NCBI GenBank assembly: GCA_030704615.1
Contig: CM060733.1
Location: 52,080,001-52,144,000 of the forward strand
Direction of reading: 5' to 3'
Origin: Takakia lepidozioides
Lineage: Eukaryota > Plantae > Bryophyta
Length of the DNA stretch: 64,000 nucleotides
The notes under the pieces were generated by a model. It ran no database searches, was not told the origin of the DNA, and worked only from the letters and a program-made list of their open reading frames with translations. Within the stretch, counting starts at the first letter, position 1; every line of letters begins with the position of its first letter. This document shows positions 1 through 14,078 of this stretch, piece after piece. Both the position numbers and the translations under genes were made by a program.

Positions 1-2030
1 GTCACCTTATTCAGAGCCCTGTAATCGACACACATCCGCAGCGTCCCATCCTTCTTGTCTGCAAATAGCACCGGGGCTCCGTAAGGTGACTTACTCGGCC
101 GGATGTACCCCTTTGACATTAGATCTTTGAGCTGAGTCTTCAGCTCGACCAACTCTTTGTGGCTCAACCGGTAGGGCGCCTTGGCAGGCGGTTCCGATCC
201 CGGTATCACCTCAATTTTGTGGTCAACTCCTCTTCGCGGTGGCAAGCCGCTTGGTAAATCCTCCGGCATCACATCCTGGTATTTCTCCAAAATCCCCTTG
301 ATCCAATCTGGGCTCGGCTCCCCATCGCCTTCTCCTTTCACTTCTCTAATGTAAAGCAAAAACTGGGACTCGTGTGTCTCCTCCACGGCCCACTCCTTTG
401 CTGATAGAAGGTTTATTCGCCCTCCCACGGATTTGGGCGTTTCCGACACTCGTAAAACCTCGCCACCATTCCCACATGGCAGCGTGACTACTCTCTTGCG
501 GCCATCTATGACCGCTCCGGATTTGCTCAAAAAGGTCATTCCCAAAATGAGATCCACTCCATCGATCTCGCAGATAGTGAAGTTCTCACGTCCCTCCCAA
601 CTCCCCAGTTGAAGAGGAACATCACACGCCAACCTTGTCGCCAACTGAGGTTCTCCTTTGGCAGAGCGCACCTCAATAGAGGCCCCCACGTCACTTGTCG
701 GGAGTCCCAACTTTCGCGCCGCCGCCGGCGTCATGAAGGAGTGCGACGCTCCTGTGTCCACCAACAACGACACATTAGTTCCGGATATTATCCCATCCAC
801 GAACAATAACTGACTCCCTTTTCGTAAGACGCCAGTTTCCTGATACAACTCACAAGAAAATTTGCCTACCTTGCAAGTCCTGGCGACCACCGCTTCCACC
901 AAGCGACTGATGGTATCTTCCGACAGCTCCGTGGTCGCCCGAGTCATGTTCAATTGCCGGGGCTTCGTGCACTTCTTGGCCATGTGCCCGGGCTCCCCGC
1001 AATTGAAACACACTCCATCAAAGGTCGCCTTCTGTCCGCCATAAGTCGCTCCACCCGCTTTTCCTTTCGAAGCACCGGGTGCCGCCTTGACGTGTGAGGG
1101 ACCTCCCTTCGATTTCCACGTGCCATTTTCGCCGCGTGGCCTATCCCACTTCTTTTCCGGTCGGGAGGAGTCACCTTCCCGCCGGGTCTTCTTGTGGTTC
1201 AGCTCCGTACGGCCTTGTCTCTCACCCCTAGGGACATCCGAGAAACATTCAGCTCTCTCAATTGCCTCGTTCAAAGTCTTGGGTGGCTTCTCCTCCAACT
1301 TCCGCCTAGCCCATGGGGCCAGTCCCGCCACAAAGTTGAAGACCATTTCTGGTTCTGCCATGTCCGCGACTTCGAGCAACAGCACATTGAAAGCCTGGAC
1401 ATACCCCCGAATGTCATCTGTTTGCTTCAAATTCCTCATCTTGTCCCGGGCAAGCCAGGATGCGTTGAGGGGCACAAACTGTCTCTTCATCAATTCCTTG
1501 AACTCACTCCAGTTCAAGGTTTCCGGGCTTGGGCCTCGGTCGTGAAGGCGTTTCTGCCACCATTGTTGAGCATAGCCCCTCAAATAGGTGGGAGCCACTT
1601 CCACCCGATCCTCGTCACTCAACTTGGCCGCCCGGAAGTACTGCTCTAGCTCCAGGAGCCAGGTGTTGAGTGCCTTCCGGTTTCGAACGCCCTCGAAGGT
1701 GCCGGGTTCCTTAGGCTTCACCTTAAACTTTGCCTTGGTGGAAGTGGCATTAGCCGCCTTCAACACGTCTTTCAACGTCCCGCCAAACTGCGCCAACAAC
1801 CCTTCCCAAAAGGCTGCCGGCATGGGAGGCATCTCTTGGTTTGTCGGAGCTCTCAAAGATTCCTCGGGCTCCGACTCCTCGGATTCCTCCCGCTCCTGAG
1901 CGGCCTCGTTTTCGGAAACATTAATCGCTTCCTCAAACGGCCGCCTCGGTGACACGTCGCCCCCATCGGGCTCACCGGGGTCATCATCTTTTGGGCCGTT
2001 CCGCTTTCGCTTCGGCTTGCCCGACCCCAT
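1..2030 (-). CDS. Ty3/gypsy gag-pol polyprotein (gag, CCHC knuckle, aspartic protease, start of RT); runs off the window start
   Basis: The ATG at 2030 is in frame with the RT codons at the window start. Motifs: [10 protein letters not shown] (gag), [15 protein letters not shown] (zinc knuckle), [11 protein letters not shown] (protease), [36 protein letters not shown] (RT). Probably absent from the ORF track because there is no stop in the window. Confidence 0.93.
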   Translation of the reverse strand, partial: MGSGKPKRKRNGPKDDDPGEPDGGDVSPRRPFEEAINVSENEAAQEREESEESEPEESLRAPTNQEMPPMPAAFWEGLLAQFGGTLKDVLKAANATSTKAKFKVKPKEPGTFEGVRNRKALNTWLLELEQYFRAAKLSDEDRVEVAPTYLRGYAQQWWQKRLHDRGPSPETLNWSEFKELMKRQFVPLNASWLARDKMRNLKQTDDIRGYVQAFNVLLLEVADMAEPEMVFNFVAGLAPWARRKLEEKPPKTLNEAIERAECFSDVPRGERQGRTELNHKKTRREGDSSRPEKKWDRPRGENGTWKSKGGPSHVKAAPGASKGKAGGATYGGQKATFDGVCFNCGEPGHMAKKCTKPRQLNMTRATTELSEDTISRLVEAVVARTCKVGKFSCELYQETGVLRKGSQLLFVDGIISGTNVSLLVDTGASHSFMTPAAARKLGLPTSDVGASIEVRSAKGEPQLATRLACDVPLQLGSWEGRENFTICEIDGVDLILGMTFLSKSGAVIDGRKRVVTLPCGNGGEVLRVSETPKSVGGRINLLSAKEWAVEETHESQFLLYIREVKGEGDGEPSPDWIKGILEKYQDVMPEDLPSGLPPRRGVDHKIEVIPGSEPPAKAPYRLSHKELVELKTQLKDLMSKGYIRPSKSPYGAPVLFADKKDGTLRMCVDYRALNKV

Positions 2031-2071
2031 GATGAGGCCAATCCCAAGGACGATCGCGTACTGAACTCTAA

Positions 2072-2083
2072 GCTCTGATACCA
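2072..2083 (-). promoter_or_regulatory. Primer-binding site (tRNA-iMet type) of the gypsy element
   Basis: Minus strand TGGTATCAGAGC, 2 nt from the LTR end. Confidence 0.9.
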
Positions 2084-2085
2084 AG

Positions 2086-2808
2086 TGTCGCACACCTCAC
2101 TTCGGTAAACTCCCCTTCAAGTCATAGTTACTCGCTTTGATGCGCGCGCCTGACTCCCAACCTGGCCGCCGGCCAACTTGGAGTTTCGGCTGCTCACCGG
2201 GACATAACGGTCCCCTTCCGCTTCCCTCTAAACCCTCCACCTATTTGGGACTAGGAGAATTCCCTTTGGTAGATGGCAGTCCGGAACAGCTCCCCACTCT
2301 TTGGTCGCTTTCCGGCTCGCTCGCTTACTCACTAGTTTTTGGTCACCAACGGGCTTGCACCGTTCTCGGGGTTACTACTCCCTATATATACTTCTGTAGC
2401 TGTCCGCGGGGGTTTCATAACCAGCCATGCCATTTTATGGCGAACCACCACGAAAACCCTCGACTCCCGGTGGTGAGTCGCGGTGAGTCTTGGCCCACTC
2501 ACCGCGGCCCCAATGGACCGTGATGAGTCCCAAGACTCCCCACGACTCCCACCTCGAGGTCTCCACCCCATGGTGAGTCCTATGCCACCCCCACTAAGTC
2601 CCACTAAGCTACCACCACCCCTTGTGGAGCCACCTCCACCGCAACCCGGTGTGCGGGGCTCCACCTAGTGAGCGCCTCCGCCTCCTTGAGTGCCTTGGGC
2701 ACTCAAGGGTGCTTCAGCCCCCCATACCTATCGCCGCCGCTGCCCCCACCACAGGGGCAGCCCCTCATGTGTCCCGACCCCCTGCCCTCAAGGCAAAGGG
2801 CCGCGACA
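2086..2808 (-). mobile_element. 5' LTR (about 723 bp) of the Ty3/gypsy element
   Basis: Termini TGTCGC...GCGACA (TG..CA, 6-bp inverted repeat), adjacent to the PBS; TATA-like TATATA near 2383. Confidence 0.85.
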
Positions 2809-3319
2809 TATAACGTCCCTGTGAACTCGAACCTGCGACAGGCTTGGCAGGACATTGAACAGTTCAGCAATCGTCGACGGCTGTTTGGGTGAGGTGATGG
2901 GGATGTCACGTGGAACAGCTGGTGGTGGCAATGTGGTGGCAGGATTCCGTTGATCAAGACCAAAAGCAAGAATGATGATGTTGAGAAATGTACAGGGAGG
3001 AGAGCTGGGGACTTGACTCTCTTCTTCTGGGTTTTGGTTCCCTAGATAGAAGAGCTCGTAGATGTTGGCCGTATAGAGTGTGGAAGACAAGACGGCCATG
3101 GTGAATAGTGTCTACGAACAGGGAAGAGAGAGAGATAATACAGAAAATGATGCATGGTGTGGCGGTTGGGAGGACTGGTTGTGTTCCAGTACCATGTACA
3201 ATTCTAGGATTGGGTGCTAGTTCCTGTTAAGTCAAGAATTATTGTGACTTAAAGGATCTGTACATAAAGCAAATGGTGGTGTTTGGCCATTCAGTGGAAT
3301 AAGACAAGAGGAATGTAAG

Positions 3320-5868
3320 AAAAGTTAACTGGACCAAAACATGCGCAATCCTGGCGTGGAATACAACATCATCCTCCATAGGCACCATCCCTACATGGGG
3401 TGCCCATCTAGGCCTCTCATGGCTGCAGCCTGGTCAATCAACAACATACCTAGGATTCACATTTGGAATTGATCTCACAGATGAGCAACGCTTTGCTCCG
3501 ACTCTGACGAAGCTAAAAAAGAAACTTGCCTTCTAGGGGTCAAAAACACCTCTCCCTACCGGGCAGCGTTCTGGCAGCCAACCAGATTCACTCGGCTGGA
3601 ATATGGTTTTTCTCTTCATCATGGAGGCCCAATCCATCCCAAACTAAACAAATCAGAGCTCTGCTTAGGAACTTTGTCTGGGGGGCCAAAGACTCACACT
3701 CAAATCGCAAAAGACCCCAAGTATCTTGGAAGCAAACATGCCTCCCCAAAAAATTAGGGGGCCTTGGCCTAATCGATCCAGACACACAAATCACGGCCCT
3801 ACTTGGCAAATGGTTACCACGCTTCTTCAGCCCAGAAGGGGGATGGTGGAAATTCCTGGTGGCAGGGAATATTCAAACCTCTCTATGGTCGACCATTTGG
3901 CATGCTTGGGCAAGGCTGAGACCTTTCCTCAAAAAATCTGAACCGCTATCCTATGACGAAACCATGAGGCAACATTTATTTCTAAATAGCAACAAGCCAT
4001 CTCAAGCTCAACGAACCCAGGCAAAAAGATGGTCTTCTTGGGACAGAGATGGGGTCACTCAAGTCAAAGACATCTGGCTCAACCACTCATTTAAGGACCA
4101 TACATCCATAGCTCTCAAAATTGGCAAGGCGAGAGCTGCGAAGGGCTATCAGGCTGTCCAAGACTCTATCCCATCTTCCTGGCTTGCAATTTTGCAATTT
4201 GGAGGCTCATCTCTGAACACTAACTTCTGGACTCTGGGAATTGTGAACAACACACTCTCGGTCTTCTTCATTCAGGATAGAATGCAAAATGCCCTACTTG
4301 GATTTCCATTTTCAATCCACCCAGTGATAATCATTCTATCCCTTCAAAGCCAGACCCTGTTACATATCCCTCTGTTCATCCATAAGAGTTTGCTGCTGGT
4401 CCTTAAACTCAAAAGATATGAACCCGGAGCCAGACCCTGCTATGCCCATTCACACCTGGCTGGCGTGTTCCGCCTTCCTCTGGGTTCTGGGAAGACCTCT
4501 GGCAGATCTGCAATTTGACCCCAAGGAATGGAGCTGGTCATTCAAAGGAACCCCAACCCCCTTCTTTGCATACACCACTAGGAAGGCATACAAAGCCATG
4601 GCAGCCCCGGAACCCCTGCAGGATAAATGGAATACCAAATGGCAATCCTACGGCTTCAACAATGAGAACTGGAAAGCTATCTTGGGATCTGTTTGGGGAA
4701 AAATTAGGCCTGCAAAATTATCTGCATTCCTCTGGCAGATTGCAAACATGGTACTTAAGGTGGGAGAATGGCTGCAATTTCAGGAAGCTCTTCTATGCAA
4801 GTGTTGTACCTCAAGCTTGCTAGAAACGCTCGAGCATTGCCTTCTAGGTTGCCACGCTCCCAGAAAAATCTGGACTCTGGTGAAAGACCTTTACAGAGAT
4901 TGGGACCCTCAGCCACTGTCACCCATCAAGCTGCTGCTTAACTATGACACACACTCTAAGAGAACAACAATACACTGTCCGGTCTTCGAGTCTCTTCGGG
5001 CATCTACTCTGTGGCACATATGGAAATCACGGTGTGCCTAGTCATTGTCACATTCAACATGCTCTATGTTTGTACTGCTCTCAAAAAATTTCTGGGACTT
5101 GCAAATTGAGGCAAGAAAGGCCTGGTTGAAACTGTGTGCAGATATTCGAAGGGCCCCCCAAAATACAGCAGGATTGCATGCCTCATTCCGGGGCACTTGG
5201 GCAATCGGTGGGCACCTCTGCACTACCAGCGATCAATCTACATGCCACTGGTCAACACTCCCCCCTGTCTCATGGAGGGATCTCGGGACAGCAGTCCATG
5301 GGGGCATCCCCAGAGTTTGACAGGGATATTAATTGGAGGCACATCAAGACGGCTGCCAGACTCAAGTTTCGTTAGACATTTTCATATCCTCCAATAGACC
5401 CAAGCAATGTAGCCAATCTTGTTCAGTTGAATCTTCGCATAGTGATGCTTACCTTGGAACGTAGCTACAATCCTCGTACGCAGTCCGTAGAGCTCCTGCT
5501 CGTCCACCCCGACCCCCTAAGCGTCCTGCCCTTAGGGCTCGTCTAAACACTTCTATGCTCGGAAGCAATCCAACACTGAGAGAATGGTTTTCAACCAGGA
5601 TTGGATGGATGGCCAATCTGGCCAGCACTATTTCACAGAACCACTGTGGAGATGTTTAGCATCCATCTAGATTGATGATAGTTGTTCTCACATTGATACA
5701 CTCCTTTTAGGGGTGCAGTTCCACCTTCGCTGATTACGGTGTGTGTGCTTGTATGGCGTTTCAACGGGGTTTTAATTTTTTTCCCCACAAATAATTATCA
5801 TAATAAAGTTTCAGGGTCGAGGCCCTTTCTCGAAAAAGAAAAAAGAAAAAAGAAAAAAGCAAAAAGAA
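3320..5868 (+). mobile_element. 5'-truncated L1-clade LINE (ORF2 C-terminal half, degenerate) with A-rich tail
   Basis: TYLG, RNFVWG...VSWKQTCLPKKLGGLGL, and zf-RVT-like AFLWQI...CKCC...ETLEHCLLGC. AATAAA near 5802 and (A5-6G)n tail 5833-5868. Stops and frameshifts present. Confidence 0.9.
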
Positions 5869-6334
5869 ATATACAAGACACTTTGGCCTAGAGTGCCTTC
5901 AAAATGATTAGAATTTTATTCAACACGTCAAATTTCAATCTAATCTTGCTGATGCAACACAAGTTTTTCTAAGGTCTCAATGTTGAACCTACCTACATGG
6001 ATCCCACATCATAAGTTCGATGTCATAATTATATATGGTCTGATCTCAAAAAATTCCCTTGCATCTACCTAAAGTGTGTCTTATAACAAAGCAGAAGAAG
6101 GCATCGTCATGAATGATCCGGCTTGGTTGCATTGTAAGCAAGAACTAATTAACTCAACAATCTTGATATGTCGCAAAATTTTGATTTTTTCAAGTGATGT
6201 AGCCAATCAACTATACACCCATATGATTTGTCTCGCCATGTGAGTATCTTGTTGTAAATTGACATCGCCACATGAGCTATCTAGATCATTTGAAACAAAC
6301 CCCTAGCTCATGCAGAGCACAATGTAGGATAAAA

Positions 6335-6624
6335 CAATGTTTTTTTTTTTTTCATATTTCCAAAATCGCTGGCGGAGCCACCTATGAATTCTATGCAGTG
6401 CCCATGTGGCGAGAATATCGAGGTGACAGAGCTAAAAAAGTAGCTATATTCCAGGTGGCACGTCTTAACTGGTCCACATAAGCAAGATTAGGCTCCTGAA
6501 ATTTATCTGCTGGTGCTTTTTGGCGAAAATCTCCGATTTTACCCCACAAAATTCCTTTATACAAGTAGCTGACCAAGTTTCCAGGTCGAAATCTGGCGAT
6601 TTTTCGCCAGAAAGAAAAACACTG
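6335..6624. mobile_element. Possible short hAT-like MITE
   Basis: Ends CAATGTTTTT...AAAAACACTG with internal TGGCGA/TCGCCA motifs; no clear TSD. Confidence 0.4.
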
Positions 6625-6786
6625 GAATGACTTTGCTAGTGAAATGTTGTTTTATTTATGATATTTTAATACTAAAAATATTATTGAACTTGTAAATACT
6701 TTTTTTCTTTTTGTGGTACAACTCATGCCTGAGGGTTGTACCTTTTCGCCTTCCAAACATTTGAATTTTTTTAGATTTTTTATGTG

Positions 6787-6811
6787 TTATATATATATAT
6801 ATATATATATA
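6787..6811. repeat. (TA)n microsatellite
   Basis: Direct TA run. Confidence 0.9.
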
Positions 6812-9295
6812 GACCATGTAACTGATCCTATTGATGCACAAGTATCCTACTATATCTGTTTGTTACTTGTATTTCTTTTTTCAGACATGTTACTCCTATA
6901 ATCAAGGATTGTGCTTGCACATCCCAACCGCGGGCCCCTTCTACTCTACGGTTCTCACATCTTCTCATTTAGCATTTGAGAGATGAGAAAATGATGCTGA
7001 CGAAGAGGAATGAATATTACTATATTTAAAATATAATTATTTAGCAGTCATGGATTTGCTACCCCAATAGCAACATACAAAGATTAAAAAAAATTCCCTT
7101 TCCAAAAACAAATATTAAAATATTAAAAATATATATTCCTAACGTCAAATAAATCAATTAGTCCTAAAAAAATCCATCGTTGCCTCTCTTTATGTGGGAC
7201 ATGTTGCAAGATTTTCATATTTGAGGAACAAAGTCAGCCCAGAACAACAGTTCAAGATTCAAGTGACCTGAGTGAAGACTTGCATTAATAGGCATAAGCA
7301 TTAATCTACGTCATGGTCGTTGAACTTATAGTATGTACACAACCATCTTATGTTCAAGTTTTTCAACGTGATGGCTCAAATAGTTGCTACAAAGTGAGGT
7401 TGGTTCATTACACAAATTCTCCGTATATATTTTTCAACATTGCGCGTCCAAATTTATTGTGTTTTAAACCAACGACATGGAACCTGATTCAATCTTTACA
7501 AGTGGGGATCTAATAATGTGTGACAAAATCGATATAGATCAAAGGACCAAATGACCAAATCTCGCACATTATTAAATCCTTCGCTTGTAAATATTAAATC
7601 AGGACACCATATATTGGATCAAAGCACTAGAAATTTGCTCACACAGTGTTGAATTTTAATCAAATGAGCAAAAAAAGATCAAATATAAAATCGTGATGAT
7701 CTGACAAATTGTTCAAATGAAAACATAGCTAAGCAACAATCCAAAGTATATGCAAGAGAGGACCGAGGTTAAATCAATGTGAAAGAGATCCAAATTGATT
7801 AGAACAAACACATAAGAAGAGCAAGACTTATAGGATTGCAACTTATAGCCATATCGAGTATTTATAGTTCAGAATCTTCTCTAGGTTGCATTAACAAATC
7901 TCACTTCGTGACTTTTGATATCTTGTCACTTTGTCCAAAAGGTATATAACCAAAAGGTATACAAAGGAGTTATAAAGAAAAGGAGATATAAAGAAAAACA
8001 ATCGTGATTTAGGTCAAGAAAGAGACTCGCAACTGTATTCTGGAATCTCGTCTTGTACAAGGAAGACGGGGCCTAGACAGAGTCGTTCATGGTAGCACTT
8101 AAAATTTGAAGCCTAGCCTACATTTTGGTATCATAGAAGGGAAAAATTAAAGTTTGGGATAGGTAATGTGTGATGTTCCAGCCAGTGTTGGGCGGGAATT
8201 ATTTATTTTGATACCAACCGGGTCCTGCTATTGAAATATTTTTACTTTTTCGTACCAGCCAGTTCCATAGTATTATATTACTCATATATTTTTTAATATC
8301 CGTCTGTTCTCAATAGATGCAAGATTTTGAATTTGCCGACGGAATTTGCCACAGTAACTCCTGGACCACTCTAGGATGAACAAGGCCCGAATGAAACTGC
8401 TCTACAATTCAGCCGGTTACCAGCCGGGGTATGAATAATTTAAGCTAATTTAATTTAAAGTGGGGGCTCAGTGCGGTGTCGTTCAATATCAGCCTTCATG
8501 GCATTGTAAGGTTATGTTTTCCTTACGTTTTTAATAAAATTTATCCGGGGACTCTGCTCTCTAAATCTTTGGGGAAAAAAAACAATAACGGTAAAAATTC
8601 TATAAGTTTCCTCCAGATTGGGCCATATACTTGTGAGGTAAGTGTTGCACTCTCACATAATCAGCCCTCCTCACATTGGGGGGCTACTTTCCACTGGAGA
8701 ACTATCTGAACACGTAATGCACTGCAGTGCGCATCACGCTGAAGTGGCAGGTTTTGATTGCGTACGAGGAGGCCTGCTATTTCCTGTAGCATGTGTCCTT
8801 CTTTTCATCTCGTATTTTGTGTCCTTCGTGTGTCCTTTATGATGTGACAGGGCTGAAAGACCTACTCAGCAGGTCACTTTATGCCTGCTCCATCCTTAGC
8901 GACAGTGACATTACGTCCTGTAGCGCGGCCGCTACGGGCCGTAGCAGGAGCTGTGCGTGGCGAGACGCGGGACCTAGTACGTAGCACATGGCACTATGCA
9001 TACCTCGTGCAGTTCCTGAATTCAAAGCATTTCCAAGGGAGAGAATGGTCTGCATTACTTGCGGAGTCTGTCACGTGATTCACATGTACACACTCAGAAA
9101 TGTTCAGTAAGTCAACCCTACAGCGGCAATCTGCACCGTATGCAGCACAGATCCTTAAGCCTCCCATGAACATGTTCCGCTGCCCCGCCTCAATAGCTAA
9201 AATCCATTTCATGTACAATGTCCAACCGAAAGTCAAGTCAGAAATCAAGTCAGAAATCAACTGGTGTTGCTCCCGGATCTGTACATGAAGGCCAG

Positions 9296-10316
9296 GTGTT
9301 GGCCGGGTATAGCACTTTACCCCGACTAGTGAATCGGTTACCACCCCGGTTAGTAGGTATACAGAACCGCATACAAGATATTTTTACAAAACAAAGCAAA
9401 TAGATAACCGACGTTGGGAGGTGAGTATGTATATGTATATGTACCCTATATTAAGGTTAGCACTACACTGTATACCCGGATTAGTAAGGCGTTTTGACCA
9501 CCCCTTGGTTATGACCAGTGTTGGCCGGTTATAAGAATTTTACATATCCGCCGGTTAAGGTTACTTCAATATTTTTGGGATGGACACACTCATGTTATGT
9601 ATAAGGACAATTATTTTATTTTAATATATCCACTGGTTATCTATTCTACAAAATTCTTCAAATTTCGACGATTATGAATAGGACGATTAGAGGTGTCCTA
9701 AAATTGGCGGATATATATGCAATTGGCGGTTACATATAATATATTGAATGGGCACTTGTATTTCTCTAATGATTTTTGTTAAAAATAATCAATTCCCACA
9801 TGACATCCAAATGAACCTTTAATAAAGATGAGTAATAGATTGATAATGCTAGAATGCTCCAAGTATATGAGAGATTTATCCACAATGACAAATAAAATGA
9901 CTAGAGTAAGAAAATCAAAGAGGGAAGTTGGCTAACATTTAACATAGCAATAAGTTATACATACTGAGCGCACCTATTGCAAAAGTTGCCAATACTGGGG
10001 CATGCAAGCAATCAATGCAGCTGCATTGTGTGAGGAGGAAGACAATCATGACAATCAATGCAGTTGCGTTATGCGAGGAGAACGTGTCCTATACTCTAAC
10101 CGCTCTAGGGGTGGTCAAAACGCCTTACTAATCTGGGTATACAGCGTAGTGCTAACCTTAATATAGGGTACATATACATATACATACTCACCCCTCAATG
10201 TCGGTTATCTATTTGCTCTGTTTTGTAAAAATACCATGTATACGGTTATGTATACCTACTAACCCGGGTGGTAACCGACTCACTAACCGGGGTAAAGTGC
10301 TATACCCGGCCAACAC
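9296..10316. mobile_element. Foldback/MITE-like element with about 210-bp inverted arms
   Basis: 9296-9505 (GTGTTGGCCGGGTATAGCACTTTACCCCG...GACCACCCCT) is a close reverse complement of 10107-10316. Related CAGTGTTGG starts occur at about 8182 and 9515. Confidence 0.75.
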
Positions 10317-11099
10317 GGACTCTACATCTTGGAAGCTTGGAGTCCCCTATCAAACAGGCTAAGTCTTGGCCGAAGAGAGTAGAAGAGATTCTCAAGGATC
10401 TTAATCGAAGTCCGCAAGCCTTGACCCTGCCGGATAAGTCTGACTTAGAGGCTGTAGTGTCCAAAGCCATGTCTGTTGCCAGGAAATTGTGTGATGAAAA
10501 TGAAGTTAGGCAGAAAACTTCCCTGAACTTGTTTCCACCTTGTGACATGGGAGAGGCCATCATGGATGATCTCAAGGGTTTACACCCTGGCACTAGACTG
10601 AAATTTCTACATGTTCAATGAGTCACACTAACTCTGGTTCACAATAAGAGGAGCTTATTCCTCTGAATCCAAGCATTCGAATATCCCAACAGAATCCATG
10701 TTTTGCTACTTAGATTCCGGCACTGCACATGTGCTCTTGCATGTTTTTGATGAATTGCAGATGTCTATGCTAGAGTAGAATGGCATGCTACTCTTCATGC
10801 ATTTACAAGGTCATCACTGCAAACAAAGTTGCATGCCAGGTCTCTCTTATTTGATCAAACAACTAGTCATCACATAAGCTTCAAATTTGTTGAACCACGT
10901 TACGTCTGTGTGAATGTCAGCCATCATGAAAAGAGGATCTCAAACTCGTTGAATTTGGTTGGTGACAATTGCAATCCATAATTGCACCAACATTTTGGCA
11001 AGTAATGCACAAATGTCTGCATGAAGCTGCGTACGCAACAGAGATAAGAAAATATAAGCGATTTTGAAAGTACTATAGGGACAAGTAGTACGCACTGCT

Positions 11100-11605
11100 G
11101 GATTGAGGCAGGGCTCCAGCTGTTGAGCGAATGATGCACACAGAACAGATCAAAAGAGCATTAAGTTAGCAGTTGCGATGAGTCTGACAGTGGAGTAGAA
11201 CCTAGAATTTCTCCAAGATTAGTGGGACGTTGCAACACACATACAAAGATGCATCCTTGGTCTTCCTTTCCAACCTATATGACAATCAGTAACCACACAG
11301 TGATATAGAACTACAAAATTACTTGCAGCCCATCTTACCATCACTCCAGCTTGAATCCATTCATTCTTTCTTTGAGCCCTTTTTCTTTTTCTACATCAAA
11401 TTAGTCCAACCCCAAATTTCTGATGAGGAACCACTAAAGCACCACAGTTGAGACAACCGGAAGAGACAAACTCAAACATTCAAGAAATGGCCCATGAGGT
11501 TATGCACAGATGACACACCATGTAGACATGAGAGGCGGCTGTCGGTGTGATGCCCACAGCTCCTGTGCAAATTGACAACAAAAAGACTGTAGTTGGTGGA
11601 TCCTG
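11100..11605 (-). pseudogene. SNF2/RAD5-like helicase C-terminal exon fragments
   Basis: Spliced exons DPPTTVFLLSICTGAVGITPTAASHVYM and LEPCLNPA (helicase motif V-VI region); inverted duplicate of 22123-22620. Confidence 0.7.
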
Positions 11606-13194
11606 CCACAAGCACCCACCACTGCTTCACAATCGGTTGTACAACTGTCAATAGCTTGTGCTCCTGGAAATAATATATTAGTTGTGAATGCAGGAGTCTG
11701 GATGACAGTGCAACGACTCTGCTACTGTAAGACATACTTTACCAGTTTTTCCTGGCTGCCCGCAATCCATCTTTTGCAAATGTGTAAGCAGGTGTTATGT
11801 AGGCATTCAACACAATAGAGAGAAGGTGTATTATATGGAGTTTGTCTATCCATTCCTACTGTCATGGGGACTGCTTGCAAATCCATAGCTGGCAGAGCAG
11901 TGACATAATCCTATATGGATGTAGAGTAGAGTGTCAGAGAACAAGTGCAGTCAGAAAATTAGGTTCAGCCAACAGTATGGAAGGAAGGTGTGCCGCAGTA
12001 ACCTTTAGAAGGCCTCGATGGCTTGGGCACGTTTCTTTATGGGCGTGTCACCATTTTATCATTGCTTGCATTCAAATGGGGCAAGTGTTTGGCCCAGTCA
12101 AGCACTTGCAAATTCCCACATGCAATCCACTTCTGGCTATATGAGGAATTTTGGTTGCTGGACTTTGCTTTGCACATTTAAATTAACCCCTAAACGCTGA
12201 GGCAGCCTGGCTTCAGCAGGACTTATGTCAGTCAGTCCTGTATTTGCCTGCATGTCAGTCCTGCATGGGGAGCATTTGCATTGCATTACATTGTATGCAT
12301 TTATTGTGCATTCTGAATGGACGTGACTACAAAAAAGGGGGCAAGTGTTTGGCCCAGCTAAGCACTTGCAGTTTGCCGAACTTTGGACCAAATGCAAGCC
12401 ACTTCTGGCTGGGCATCCCAGTGGGTTCGACTCCCTCTTGGTTCTTGGCCTTTTGAAGGCCTCCGAAGGGTAAGTACTTGGTACTGTCTTCTGCCACTGT
12501 GAAAGAACAATCTGACAACAGGGCCTTGGTGCACTTCCTGCATTCAGGAAAGGGATTCCTTTGTGACTTGTAGATGTCTATGGTTTAAGTGGCCTTTGTT
12601 CAACTCATCCCCATTTCACCTAACAACTGAAGTGGCTGGACATTCAAAGGTCTCTTTCAAACTAACTGTAGCAGCACAATGGTAAGTCCCATTGTCTAGA
12701 ACAAGATCTCCCATCAATATGGAAAAAAATTGAGTGTAAAACTGCTTTGACTCCTGCAAGACCAAGTTCCATGATGTATTAAATAACTTGGGACACACAC
12801 ACATTGTTACTCATTACCTCTTCCTCTGTCGGCAACTTCAAAACCTTAATATCACCCCATAGAGTGAATGATGGAGTGGATATGCATACTTTGATGCTGC
12901 ATCAAAGTTTGCTGCACTAACAGAGGGGTGAAAGATGATTACTCTTGCCTTTTGATACTTAAAACTTCACTGCAGACAATGCTCACATGTAGATGTGGCC
13001 ATTCTATTCTTTCAGTTTGACAATGCAGCGGAGATGGAAGTCTTCTTGTGAAGTGGCGATTATCCTATGGGACAGTTCTTACTTATGTCAGACTCTGCAG
13101 TGGGGGTTTTGTGTCTCACTTTGATCTGAGTATGAGCAAGCAAGACAGCAGTGCTAGCTCTGTGGATGGTAGCACTGCCCACCCCTCTGGAAGA

Positions 13195-13600
13195 TATGGA
13201 CGGGGAGTGTGGCATCTGCTTTGAGTTGATGGAGTGCCCTACCAAAACACCTTGCAACCAATGGTATGAAGAATGCTTCTGCTTTACTCATTAGTGACCT
13301 GATTGCAGATTTAATGTGCGTTCAGCAATGTTCTGGCTTTCTTTTTCCTCTTCATTTCTTTCAATCGTCATCCAAAGCATGGGAGCTCCATGGAACTCTG
13401 AGAAGTGATGCGGACCATAAATGTTCTAATACACTGTGAGGGATTAGTGTTACCCAAGAATTGTTGTGAGTATTCATATAACTTCAAATTCATGCAGGTT
13501 TTGCTGTGAGTGTAAGATTTCAAGCCTTGCCATTGGGTCCCCGGCCCTGTGTCGTATATGTGGTAGCCCAGTTACAGGGTAGCCAACTACTAAGATTTCC
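13195..13600 (+). pseudogene. C3HC4 RING-finger exon pair (probably from the RAD5-like gene)
   Basis: DMDGECGICFELMECPTKTPCNQW | intron about 13264-13497 | FCCECKISSLAIGSPALCRICGSP. The duplicate at about 27655-27730 (minus) retains PCSH. Confidence 0.65.
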
Positions 13601-14078
13601 AGAGTCTAGGTAAATGTTGTCAAACGCTCGGGGGTAAATCATAGAGGGAGGTCATGGAAATGTTATTGAGGAACTAATTCACAAGAGACCATGGGCCCCT
13701 CAAGGCGCAGAGCTTCAAAGTTTAAGCAACAATTGACAAACACCCCAAGTGAAGAAAATCTGTGCGGTTCTGATAGGACCTCAAGTAAATTATATACAAA
13801 TCTGCCAGTACACTTAAGTGCTCAGTGCGTGCCCAACACTTGCAGGTGCTGAAATTTAGCCAGTTCATGCAAACAATAGCATGGCTTAAAATTGAATTCA
13901 AGAAGCAGGGCAAAATGCTCCATTAATTATCCTCACTACAATGTACACCAAAAATATGTCACAAATATGTACACCCTTAAGCAGTTGAGTGCAGTGAAAC
14001 CTTCTCTTGCACAAAACTTTGGCCTCTGTCCAGATCCCCCTATCCAAGCCCCAAAAAGTTTTTTGGATCTCCTCCAAA

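Noticed and set aside
2814-3200. ORF 2788-3099 and a PBS-like TGGTACTGGAAC near 3183-3194 (possible decayed LTR element)
   Set aside because: No recognisable protein motif or second LTR; too weak to call.
6900-8170. AT-rich stretch
   Set aside because: No ORF, RNA gene or repeat structure I could support.
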